Shown: positions 13,401 to 25,028 of the stretch, in pieces
Layout: each line of letters opens with the position of its first letter
Position numbering within the stretch: position 1 is the stretch's first letter
NCBI GenBank assembly: GCA_013265495.1
Contig: MU058687.1
Span: forward strand, 1,054,001-1,118,000
Reading direction: 5' to 3'
Source of the DNA: Vicugna vicugna
Lineage: Eukaryota
DNA length: 64,000 bases
Notes under the pieces: model-generated
What the model was told of the DNA's origin: nothing
The model's input: only the letters and a program-made list of their open reading frames with translations
Database searches by the model: none
Program-made: the position numbers and the translations under genes

Positions 13401-16400
13401 GCTCAGGCCTGAGAGCTGAAGCTTTAGGACAATTAAGACTTCTTTTTTTGGGGGGGGGTAATTAGGTTTTTATTTATTTTGGTTTGTATCTATTATTAGT
13501 GGACGTATTGGTCTTGAACCCAGGACCCTGTGCATGCTAGGTATGCACTCTGCCACTGAGCTATACCTTCCCCCTCTTCTTAGTAGGATATGTCGGTTTA
13601 GCTGAAGGAGATCAAGCTGACTGCTTACATTTATAGCTGGCCCAGGCAACCAGACTGCTACCCAGGAGGCCCCCTGGCCCCTGCCTCATTGGCCCTATGT
13701 CTTGTCCTTCTTACAGGTTCGGAAATGCTGTGGAAAGAATCCTGGATTGGGAGTCCACAGACCCAGTTTCAGATAATAATTTTGCCACCTATTCCCTGTG
13801 TGACTTTGGGTCACTTACCTTCTCTGTGCCTCATTTCTGAACTGTAGACTGTAGTGGTTGAAGCTTGTGCTCGGCAGTCAGGTGCTGGGTTTGAATCCTG
13901 GCCCTGTCTTGTGACTTTGGGTGAGTTAGTTTGCTTCTCTGTCCCTGCCTCTCTGATGCTGTTCTAGAGTGAATGCTTGAGGATTGTGAGATAACACAAG
14001 CCCACAATCCCTTATCTGAAACACTGAGCCAAATGGAGTTCAAGTTTCAGAATCCTTGTTATTTTATAAGGGCAATATTGTGCATGGATGACACATTAGT
14101 AAATGACCACAGCAGGGTCTGTGGCAATCTTCTAATCCAATAGTTTGATGTTCTCCTAGCAAAATCAGTGACTAATTATACTAAATGAGATCCCATAAAT
14201 AGTCTACTATCATTGCAGGTCAGGTTTTATGACCAAGAAAGTTTCCCATCAACCTTAGGGGAAAGAAATCATAGGGATTTTCAAAGGGTTCTGACTTTCA
14301 GAATTGTGGCTAGGTGATGGCGAGCCCTCACATGGGAAATGCTGGCAGCAGTGCCTGCCTCAGAGAAGGTATGTAGTAAATGCTCCTCTCATTACTGTCT
14401 CATTGTCACACCTGCCTTACCTGTTTCACAGGAATGTCATGTGAATGTGAACTTCTTTTACACTTCAAATCATCTTATGCTTAGGCGGCTTTTGTGGCCC
14501 AGAGGGATAAATCTCTAATGCTGGGATGTTGGCAGTAATGAGGGAATAATTGGGGCCAGGATGCTGCCTGGGGTCCCCAAATCATTGCAAAGGTAGCCAA
14601 GCACCTGACCCGGGCAGCCAGGCCCTGTGGATGGGCTCCGAAACTCCTGAAGCTCTCAGAGCCCAGTCCTCATTTTACGAGGCAGGACCTGGCACACGGG
14701 AGGCACTTGAGAAATAGCAGCACATCCCTTACAAGGGAAGCAAAGAATCTATGAGGACTGAATTCCCAAGGTTCTTCCATCACTGCCTGACTCTGACTGG
14801 GAATCTTATCCAGTGGCCTCTTATTAAAGGCCCAGACAGATAGCTTTTCTCCCACAGGGCTATCACTTGACAAGAAAACTTCTATGTTGATATCTCTATG
14901 TCTACTGCCTGAGGAGGCACTGGTGGCTGGTGAGGTGCTCTTAGCATTGGTTTCGTAGTTGCTCATTGCCTGCCAGGGAAGCACCCAGCGGCAACCGAGC
15001 TTTGAGAGTGTTTCCAATACTCATGACCAGCAGGGGGCGCTCATAGCATTTAAGACACAAGAGCCAGCCCTGGTGTGGCAGTGAGCTGGTTCCACACCAT
15101 CCTGCTGCCCTCACTACGGCTTGCCAGGTAGAGGAAGACTTCACACCTGGATGTGTGACTCCACAGACACACTGACCTCTGGAGCCTTGATTCAAGGCTG
15201 TCCATGAGAAGCAGCAGCATGAGCTCAGCTCACAAAAAGCATCATCCAAAATATATTATATTCTCAGGAACTTTAGTCCTACAAGATGTTTGTTGGAAAA
15301 GAGTTCTTTGGTCATATGAGTTTAGGGCTACATATGTTCTCCTTTTAGAGCTTTACATGGGACTTCAGCATGTTAAAGGCTCTGAGAAGTTCTGCAATAA
15401 TGAAACTAACCAAGTATTTATCCAAGCTACTTTTTCTTCTAATTCCACAGCGATTAATATCCTAAGGGAGAGTTACTCTGGGAAAAAACTGTTTAAGAGT
15501 GGGGTCTGCCTAAGGGTTGCAAAGATGATGCAATAAGATTCAGACCCCTGCAGACCAGCCTGGGCCCTGCAGCCTTCCCCACGGGGCCTCCTCTCTCCCC
15601 ACATGCCTATAGCCCCAGGCTCTCTCCTCAGCAGCAGCTAAGAAGCTATTCCTTAAACTGAAGCCTTCCAACCCCTTTCAGCTGTCTCCAGTCTAGTCCC
15701 CTTTCCCATCTGCCCTAGAAGTTTCTGGTCTCTCATATCTTCCACATGAATTATGTACTCAGTGCAGGCCTTTTGCCTGTACAGCCAAGAGGTTCCAGGA
15801 GCCATACCTCAGGGGAGGCCATTCCTTTGACCCCCTCTGCCAAGGTGTATGGGCAGCTGACAACCAAATGATGGGGTTCTTCATTCCATAGGGTATTTGT
15901 TGTATTTTGGGAATCCATTTGGGTTTAAACACAAACACCCAAAGGAGTAAGTCAGCAGTGGTAGAATCTAAGGTGTCACGGAAGAAGGTAAAGGAACCCT
16001 CCCAGCATCCTTAAAGTGTGGCACCACTTTCCCAGGAACCTGACAAATGTGAGCCATGGGGAGGAAGGCCCAGAAGCAGTGTTCAGAAGACCCCCGGGGA
16101 GCAGCGCTGTTCCTCCACCAGGAAGTTATTTGTCCCCGCCTCCCCTCATTGTCCAGAGATCCTGTTTCTCTGGGCTGTGACAAGAACTTCCATTACTAGT
16201 AAAGGATATGTGGACTGAAGGGAAAGGAAGTGCATTCGTGACAGCCTGAAGGCCATCCTGCTCCGTCTTCACTGAAGGAATAAGGGGCAGTCTTTCCAGA
16301 CAGGTGGACGTGAAAGGCCAGGGGCACTGCTGCTGCCTCAAAGCCAGTGGTCGCATTTTGGCAGCTCCCCAAGGTCGCAGGGCCACCTCTGAGGAAGGCT

Positions 16401-17529
16401 GACTCTGGGGAGATGAGTCCTGGGAGAGACTGCCGTGCCAGTGGCCTCTGGGTCCACGGCCCAGTAGCTGGGTGAGCACCTGGCCTTCCTGACTGTGAGG
16501 AGGCACAGCCAAAGGACAGTTTGCTGGGGGCCCCTGATAGGGTTTGGGGATCATTCTTGGAGAGACAGGGTAGTTGGGAGGATCTAGAGGTTTGGCCAGA
16601 GATAAGGTTCCCAGTGGAAGCCCTGCCTGTGGCTGGGCCCTCGTGGGCAAGGCAGCCAGAGGAAGTGGGTCTTTACAGGCACCTCCCTCAGGAGGGCAGG
16701 GCTCGCTTTTGCCATCTGGCACCAGCCCCTGGAAGCTTCTGCCTAGCTGTGTCAGGGGGCCCGGAGGATTCAATAGCACCTTTTGTAATACTGAGTCCAC
16801 AGCCTGCGATACTGCTCCAGTCAGTTCTTTCTTCAGAATCTCCAGCAAAGCCCCTGCTCCAGAAGGAAGGAACCTGGATTCTTCAGACTGGGTTTTGCCC
16901 TCACACACTCTGTGTTTCTCTGCCACAGAGCGGCCCCTGCTGGAACCCTGGTGTTGGTTGCTGTCCACCCCCCAGGGCCTAGACCCCAAGCCATTCCTCT
17001 GCTTTACCCCCAGAGGGCCCCTTCCCGTCTCAGAGCCTCCTGGGCCCTGAGCTGTGGCCCTGGGCCCAGCAGCCTGCAGGATGTGCTCTTGCAGGTGTCT
17101 CAGCTGTTGCTTCAGCAGGTGAAGCTGTTCTCTCACCCAAGGGCCCCCCTTCCTGCTGCCCCGGTCCCCGGCAGGGCCTGGCTTCAGGGGGCCTTGCTGC
17201 ACGGGAAGGCTCTGCTTCCTCTTCCGCTCCCGGGACTTCTCTGGACAGCACAGGCTGTCCCTGGCTGGGGTGCTGCCTGGCACCAGAGGGTTAGGGGAGA
17301 CACTCATGCCTCGGACAATGGTCTCTACTCTGGCCCTCTTTGCCTGGATGTGTTCATCCCAAAACCAGTCAGGGTCGGCAATGCTAGAACTGGGGACCTG
17401 TCTCCAGAGGAACGGGGAGTCTCTGCCCTGCTCTTGGAGGGACAGGCTTCTTCCATCTTCTATACAAGGTTGTGCCAGGTGCAAGCAGGCCTGGGATGGA
17501 GGAGAATGCAAGCTGGAGTTTGGATCCAT
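10295..17529 (-). CDS. PROX2: Prospero homeobox protein 2, complete spliced CDS: 17529-16210, 12321-12214, 11800-11606, 10480-10295 (602 aa)
   Basis: N-terminal [17 protein letters not shown]rox motif; homeo-prospero domain [17 protein letters not shown]...[26 protein letters not shown]...[14 protein letters not shown]; all junctions phase 0 and join in frame. Confidence 0.96.
11606..11800 (-). CDS. PROX2: PROX2 coding exon 3 (FNRCITSQ...KGNDFE)
   Basis: ORF 11552..11812; CAG acceptor and GAG|GTAAGA donor; 195 nt. Confidence 0.95.
12214..12321 (-). CDS. PROX2: PROX2 coding exon 2 ([36 protein letters not shown])
   Basis: Hand translation (absent from ORF track); U12 branch site upstream, CAG|GTAAAG donor; 108 nt. 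Confidence 0.92.
12880..13170 (+). mobile_element. L2 3' end fragment
   Basis: ctgtgagctctttgagggcaaggacc...gtaggtgctcaataaatgtttgttggatg. Confidence 0.8.
13441..13575 (-). mobile_element. tRNA-derived camelid SINE (vic-1-like)
   Basis: Minus strand reads GGTATAGCTCAGTGGCAGAGTGCATACC...GGTCCTGGGTTCAAGACC (A and B boxes) followed by an A-rich tail. Confidence 0.8.
16210..17529 (-). CDS. PROX2: PROX2 first coding exon (440 codons, MDPNS...FPSVH)
   Basis: ORF 16126..17529; ends at U12-type donor CAC|ATATCCTTT. Confidence 0.93.
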
Positions 17530-17703
17530 CCCCTGGCTCCGCAGGCCCTTGCTCAGTGGCTGCTAATCAGGTTCCGTGAGAGGATCCCTCCTCCTGAGGT
17601 CCTCAGCTGGAGGTGCACCTGGAGTGAGCTGGGGGTTCCTCCTCTTCACGGAGAAGGATTCAGACTCTGGGATGCCAGGGCTTACCCATCCCCTGGGCAG
17701 ACT
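17530..17703 (-). other. PROX2: Probable 5' UTR part of the first PROX2 coding exon
   Basis: Acceptor-like ttttctcccatctctaatttcag| ending at 17704; upstream non-coding exons not identified. Confidence 0.5.
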
Positions 17704-17769
17704 CTGAAATTAGAGATGGGAGAAAACAGTACATGTGACTTGGAGCGGTGCTTGTATGTGTGAACAAAT

Positions 17770-17885
17770 TACCTTGAAATCTTGTTAAAATGCAGATTGT
17801 GACTCAGCAGGTCTGGGGTGAGGCAGAGATTCTGTGTTCCTAACCAGCTCCCAGGTGATGCCATTGGTCCAGACCACACTTTCAG
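17770..17885. mobile_element. MER5A-like DNA transposon fragment
   Basis: cttgttaaaatgcagatt...aggtctgggg...ctcccaggtgatgc. Confidence 0.7.
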
Positions 17886-20019
17886 GAGGTTTCCAAGATC
17901 ATTCCTCCAAGGAGGAAAGCTCTTCTCCTGCCAGGGCAGAACAATAAGCCATTCTATAATAATAAAAATAATGGCAGCTAACTGCATAACTGGTACTGTG
18001 CCAGGAACTTTATATCCTTTACTGAATTTAATTCTCATAACAGCCCTGTGGGAATATTGTCATTCGTATTTTACAGATAAGGAAACAGGCTCAGAGGAGT
18101 TAAGAATTTACCTCCCTAAAGTCATACAGTTGGTTAAGGGTCAGGCTGGAGTCAGAACAAGATTTGTCTTGATTAAGAGTAACTATCTGCAACAGAATCA
18201 CCCTGTTAAAAATAGCAAATTCAGTAGGCCCACCAGTCCCACTTACTCAGAATCCCTCTGTACTGGGGCAGGGCATCTGCCTTTGAAACAAGCAAACCAA
18301 AGTTTGAGAACTAGCAGCTGGAGCTCTACGCTGTCTTGTTCCTGGAAGAATCAGATCATGCATTCATCTTTCAACATTTCACAGCTACTTATTAAGCACC
18401 TACTATAATATCAAGACTTCTTCTGGGCACTTGGAGAGTCAATGGTGAACAAGACGGCAGAGTCTTGCTCTCACGGAACTGGCTGTCTAGCAAGGGAAGA
18501 AAGAATAATTAAATACATTTTCAGGTCACGATAAATGTGATGGAGGAAAAAGCACAGTAAGGTATTGGAAACTGGGATGCAGGGATGGGGAGAAGGTAGG
18601 AGCTATGTTAGGAAAGGCTGAGTGAACCTGTTTTATTTCTGTGAATATCCGAGTACGCTGTACTTGAACTAGGAGGCTTCTGGTAGCAGGTATAAAGTTA
18701 TGAAACATTCGTGCACGTTACCTCATTGCACCTCACTCCAACCTTGAGAGTCCTCTTCATAGAGGTGAATTCTCCATTGTAATTCTCCCATTTTATAGAT
18801 TAGGAAACCAAGGCTCAGCAAGGCTAAGAGTGGCTCTCAGCTAGTAAGATTCCAAATCTTCTGACGCAATCACGCTTTAGCTGTGTCCCCAAAGATGAAA
18901 AGACCTGCATAAGAGCCCGACTTCTCTGTGCATAAGCAGCAGCTTTCCTAGAAAAGCTTAAGTGATTTTTTTTTTCCCTCTACAAATTTCCACTCTCTAT
19001 TGTTTCTTTTGTACAAATGCTGGCAGGAGAGAGATTGCTTTCCTCTTCCCACTTTCATCCTGAAGCTTACTTGGAATTCTTTGCTTCAGGAAATCTCAGC
19101 TCTTCTGTAGCCAGTGGGTTCTAGTCTGTAGACTTGACTGCAGTCTCCAACTGAGCTGACAGGCAACTGGCAGACACCCAACACAAGCTCTCCGTGGCCG
19201 AGCGCCAGGGAAGAGGGTGGGAGGCGGTGGCAGCTGCAGTGTCCTCAAGGGGGAAATGCCAGTGAAAGAAGGCTAGGTTCTCAGGTCAGCGTAATTAGAA
19301 GATTCTGGCTTTGAGTAAGACATTTGTCAATTACTAAAATAAAAATAAATGACTTGCCCAATTAATATAAGTTAAAGAATTTGTTATTGCCAATAGTTTG
19401 GATGGTTTACCACCTCTTGGAGAAACATTTAACTTCCTAGGATCATTTGACAATGAATATATATTATTTGTATAATATGAAAAAATATGATTTTTAAATC
19501 AGATCTTATCATCTGATAAGCATAGCTGAATCATTTTTGCATACACTTGCTGCTTTCTAACTAAATTATCACTAGAGGGGCAGAATTGATATTATAACCA
19601 AGAGGGGCTATACAACAATAATACAAACTACGTATATTTTCAGTTAAGTAGCTTCCAAAAAGGAGAGGGGCTTGGTTATAGTTCTTCTAACTACTTAGTG
19701 AACATTTCCTAAACTCAACATTTTCAAACCCAAACTCTATAGCTGCCCCTCTGCCTCACTTCTCTTTCTACCTATCCTGTTGTTCAAGCCAGAAGCTGGA
19801 GAGTCTCTTTAACTCCTGCCCAACTCTTCATCTTCAACATTGATTTGGTCACCATGGCTGGTAAATTTTCAGCAAAAATGGCTCTGAGCTACATTCTGTC
19901 ATGCCTTTCCCATTATGCTTTCCTGGTTTGGGCTCTCATAATTTTTCACCTAGACAATTCCAGTACCTCATGACTGGTCCCCATCCTCTAGCTTCTCCTC
20001 ACTCTGGTCCTTCTTCTAC

Positions 20020-22230
20020 CTTCATTCATTCATTCAACAAACATGGATTAAATGCTGACAACATACAAAATCCTCTGCCCATGTAGAGCTAACATTCATG
20101 CAAAGGGAGACATAATAGAGACAGATATAATAACATACTAAGTAAGTGATGGGAGACCATTATCTAGGCCTTGATTTGCATTTCCCTGATATTAATGATG
20201 CTGAGCAACATTGTGAAAATGTTGGCCTTTACTCTGAGATAAACAAGGACACACTGGAAGGTTATGAGCAATATGACCTGACTTAGTTTTTTTTTTGATA
20301 TTTTAAAATTTTTATTTATTTATGTATTTATTTTACAATGTCATATTTTTAAATTGAAGTATAAATGATGTACAATATTATGTTACAGGTATACAATATA
20401 GTGATTCACAATTTTTAAAGGTTATACTTCATTTACAGTTATTATACAATATTGGCTATATTCCCCATGGTGTACAATACATCCTTGTAGCTTATTTTAT
20501 ACCTGATAATTTATACTCTTAATCTCCCACCTCTATCTTGCCCCTCCGCTCATCCCGCTGGTAACCACTAACTCTTTCTCTACATTTGTGAGTCTGTTTC
20601 TTTTCTATTATATTCAGTAGTTTGGTTGCATTTTCTTTTTAGATTCCACATATAAGTGTTATCTTACAGTATTTGTCTTTCTCTGTCTGACTCATTTCAC
20701 TTAGCATAATGCCCTTCAAGTCCATCCATGCTGTACACCAGAAACTAATACAACATTTTAAATCAACTGTATTTCAATTAAAAAGCAAACAAACAACCCA
20801 TTTAAAATACGGGCAGAAGAACTGAACATTTTTCCAGAAGAGGAAATGCAGATGGCCAACAGGAACACGAAAAGTTGCTCAGCATCACTAATATCAGGGA
20901 AACGCAAATCAAAATCACAATGAGATATCATCTCACACCTGTCAGAATGGCCATCATCAAATGACCAGATTTAGTTTTAAAAAGACCATTCTTTTCTGGG
21001 TGGGGAATTGGCTAGGGAGTGGGGAGCAAGGGTTGAAACAGGGAGACTACTTAGGAGGCTCTAGTGATAATCTACATGATGATAATCCAGGTGAGATGGC
21101 TTGGACCGGAGTGACAGTGATGGAAGGGGAAAGTTGTGTCAGATCCTGGATATACGTTGAAGTTGAAGCCAATGGGATTTGCTAGCAGATTGGATGTGAG
21201 GCCCAAGAGAAAAAGAAATACCACTGATGATGGCACCCAAGTGTTTGGCCTGAGTGCCTGGAAGGATGGAATTGCATGAAGTAAGGTGGGGAGTCTGCAG
21301 AAGGAGAGGCTTTGGGGCAGACCATCAGGAGCTTGATTTGAAATGTGATAAATCTGAGATAATTATTAGATGTATAAGTGAGGATGTTGAGAAAGCAGTC
21401 GGATAACAAAGCCTGGGGTTCAGTGGGGGAGATCTGGGCTAGAAATATAAAACGGAAGGTTGCTGGTGTGTAGATGGATGAACTCACCAAGGAGTGAATG
21501 TAGATAGAAAGGAACTGGGGGCCAAGGTCTGAGTTCCAGGACATAACAGCATGAAAAAGCTGGGGTAAGAAGGGCCCCATACAAGGAAACTGAGGACCAG
21601 TGAGCGAGGTAGGAAGAACTCTAGGGATGTATGAGGTCCTGGGAGCCAAGTGGAGAAAGTGTTTCTAGGAGCAGGGAGAGGTCAAGTTCCGTAAGGATTA
21701 TGAGTTGATCATTCAAGTTAGTAATTCTGGGATGACGATCAGAGTCATTTGGGATCTTGATCAGAGCAGTTTTGGTGGTATGGAGAGGGGAAAAGCCTGG
21801 TTGCAGTGAATTTTAGGGAGAGAACAAGAAGAGGAATTGGTGACATTGAAAATGACAACTTTCTTAATGGTGTTTTGTAAGGAGGAGAGAAATGGGACAG
21901 TAGCTGGGAGAGTGGGGTCAAGAGAGGGTTTCTCAAGATGGGAGGAATAACAATATATTTGTAGGCTGACAGCAGTGATGCTCTAGAAAGATATTTGTTA
22001 ACACAGGCAAGAGGGGGAGAATTTCTGGAAGCTTGTTCTTGGGTAGCAAGGAGGAGCTGTGATGTAGTGCACGCGAGGAGGGGCTGACTTTGGAGAGAAG
22101 AACCCTCAATTCATCCGTGTTAGCAGGGGAAGGCAGTGTACCTGGACAGGTGCTGGCAGGTGGTAGATGGGGTGACAGGAGTTGGTCAAAGTCCCTTTTG
22201 ATTGTTTCCGTTTTCTTAGCCACACTGTAT
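20020..22230 (-). mobile_element. L2 element interrupted by an L1 insertion
   Basis: ttcattcattcaacaa tail at ~20021 and long purine-rich L2 antisense body at 20961-22230. Confidence 0.8.
20291..20960 (-). mobile_element. Composite 5'-inverted L1 insertion
   Basis: T-rich tail and antisense L1 3' end (20291-20730), short sense L1 tail (20731-20785), sense ORF2-end segment (20786-20960); TSD atgacctgacttagtttt / atgaccagatttagtttt. Confidence 0.85.
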
Positions 22231-24574
22231 TTGGCATTAATTTTCTAAAATGTAGGTCTATTTATGCCCCTCCATGGAATCAAAGCCTTTTCTAGCTTCC
22301 TGTAGCCTATAAGGTTCAGATGTCTTAGCTCCTCGTAACCATGGTCTTACTCTAACTCCTCTGCAGCCACTACCCTCAGCAGTTAGCTGTGTTGTGCTGT
22401 CCTGGGCTGTGTTCCCTGCACGTGCCAAACTCCTTCACGCCTCCATGTCTTTGCATGGTACAGTTCCCTCCACCTGGACGGCCCTTCTCCCACTTTTCCA
22501 CCTGACAAACCCCTACTTCTCTTTCAAAATCCAACTGAAATGTCACCTCCTCTCTGAAGCCATCAGCGTGCCTTCCTCCTTAGATGATGAGATCCCTCCT
22601 GTGTCCCCAATTGATGCCTGACTGCCAAGTGTCCCCAAACAGATTTTTGCTGATTTGTTAAATAAATCATTCTCTCAACACTTTATTTAGACTGATTGTT
22701 GTCTCCTCGTTCAAGGTACCGTATTTCAGAGCCCTCTGGCACTTAACAGAGCCTCGTGCGTGAAACAAAATCAATACAGACAGACCAAGAGAGACACAGA
22801 CAGAGACAGAGAGCTAGATATAGACAGACAGATAGAAGAGCATAGAGCCCCCAACTGCCAAATCTCCCTTGTGGGTTATTTTTTTCTGGTGCTCCCTGTG
22901 GTCTGTGTGCTCCAGAAGGCACAACTACTAGCTTAAGGGACAGGGCTCAGTGTGTTAAATGAAGCAAAAATCAACAAGAATGTCTTGAGTCAGAAACTGG
23001 AAATCCAGCCAGACCCCATTGTGGTTGAGTGCCTGGAGACGTTTACGCGCATCTCTGTAGGACAATCATGGAAACTCTGCGTCTGGGCAGCGGAGAAACA
23101 GGAAACCTCTGTGCTGGGGCCAGCGTGTTGCCCGGAGCCCTTTGTCTGGGTGTGGCATAAAGTAGAGCAGCCATGCTTTCTGTTTGAAAATTAACTAGCA
23201 CTTTCTCACAGTTACTGATAGAAGTCACAATTGCTACAACCCTTTAAAAATAGTTTCACTGCATTTCTTAGATTGTGTAAGTAATACAGAATCATTTTAC
23301 TTCCCAAATATAGAAATATACTAGTAGGAAAAGAACGACCCCTATAATGCTGCCTCCCAGAAAAAAAATCACAGTTAAAATTTTGGTGTTTGTCATTTTC
23401 CCCAAAACATTTCTCCGTATTTGGGAAATTTTTACAGATACATTTCCATAATTTTTATAATCATATGCATTAAAAAACAAAAATGGAATAAAAATGCATA
23501 GTTCTTTAGCTTCCCTTTTTTCCCTCTTTCATGTCAATGAATATTAATCTGTAGCAACATTGTGAAAGCCGATAATCATCCATTGCATGGATGTACCATA
23601 ACTTATTTAATTAATTCCCTTTCAAAAGACAGATTTATTCCTATGTTTTCACTGTTATAGCAGTAGAGAGGAGGTGAGAAGGTGGACCTTGGAGTATGCC
23701 TAGATTTTTTTTTTCTGGCTGCTTGGAGTTTATTTTCCATTTGGTGCAAGGCCCACGATTATGGGGTGTCAGGAAGGCTCTCTGTGGCTTGGATACTAAA
23801 GAGTGAGGTTCTCTTAGTTTCCTTTTGGGTGTTTTTGCTGTTTTGATATTAAAGAACCCAACTGCTCCTGCCCCACCCCAGGCTCCGGGACAGGGAAGTG
23901 AGGGCAGGGAGCCGTGGGGCTGGGCTCCCACAGCCTAGCGCCTTGAAAGGAAGCCTGGCGGCTGGTGGCGGCCACTCAGAACAGGGGCCTGCTGTTGGTT
24001 TTGCTGGGCTGGCCGCCAGGCTGCTTCTTCCCCATGGCTTCCTGAGCCAGGTCACAGGTGACCATGCCACTGGAGGCCTGGGAGATTCCCAGTGCCCTGG
24101 GGACTCCAACACTGTGGCCATGAATGGGAGAGTGGACTTCCTGAAAAAAGAAGGTGGCCCACCAGTGCTCCAGTCAGACTTGAGGAGAGCGGAGTGGTGG
24201 GGGGTGGCTTCCCCAGGGTACTCAGTGCTTCCACAGGTGCCGTCACTGGAAGTGGGACCCAGGCAGAGAGGTAGTAGTTGTGAGCAGCCACAAGCGAGTC
24301 GCTGGAGGTGATGGCTGCCATGCTTTTGCTTGTGGGCTGCTGGAAACCTCGGCCATGCCCCCTCATCAGCCCGGATGAGCGTGATCACGCGTGGTGGAGT
24401 TAGGGTTGGGGTTGGGGGAGACACTAGGCCACAGAGCCCATTTGCTGAGACCACAGGTGACCACTCCACCTAGAGGGCTGACTGCCTAGATTTGAATCTT
24501 TAGAGCCACTTACTAGCTTTCTGACCTCTCTTTCCTCAGCTTTCTCATCAAAAAGGTGGGAATAATCACAGTAC

Positions 24575-25028
24575 TGTGGACAAAGCACGTCGCCTGCTGT
24601 ATCAGTAAACAAAGGATGTTGCTGCTGTCAAGCCAACAGCCACTGCAGCCGCCCCCTGAGGGGATTCAGGATGGAGAAAACAGGATACTCGCCCTAGACA
24701 GTTAAGGTGCATATCAAAAGAATGATTTCAGTGAGCTCAAACTCTTGCATCTTCCCATACACAGAAAAGTGCTTAATTCATCAACTTGAGATGTCTGGCT
24801 TTCTTTAATTAACAGTAATCTTTTGATATTCTGACTACCTGGTTGTTTTTTGTTTGGTTGGTTTTGTTTTTTGCAAAAAACTCGTATATATCTTGGCTCC
24901 TCCCTCACCTTTTCGGAACATTCCCTCAGAGCCATCTGAGAGGCTGTCTCCTGGGCTTAGGTCCTCAGTATGTCCACTGAATAAAACATAACTCTCAACT
25001 TTTAGGTTTTGCACTTTTTTGGTTGACA
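24575..25028 (+). mobile_element. Solo ERV1-class LTR inserted into a MIR
   Basis: TG...CA ends, 4-bp TSD gtac (24571-24574 and 25029-25032), TATA-like 24885-24891, AATAAA 24980-24985; MIR sequence resumes on both sides. Confidence 0.85.

Larger units (their letters stand above)
12322..16209 (-). other. PROX2: U12-type (minor spliceosome) intron of PROX2
   Basis: 5' end ATATCCTTT at 16209-16201; branch site TTCCTTGAC at 12340-12332; 3' end ...GGGATAA|ATC; no polypyrimidine tract. Confidence 0.9.

Noticed and set aside
16521..17763. Long plus-strand ORFs (up to 283 aa) over PROX2
   Set aside because: Antisense shadows of a GC-rich coding exon; no recognisable protein
19061..19290. Possible upstream non-coding PROX2 exon ending at CAA|GTAAGC (19070)
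   Set aside because: Only a donor-like motif; no transcript evidence available from sequence
23849..24469. 206-aa minus-strand ORF and overlapping ORFs
   Set aside because: GC-rich sequence open in several frames, non-ATG start, no domain recognised
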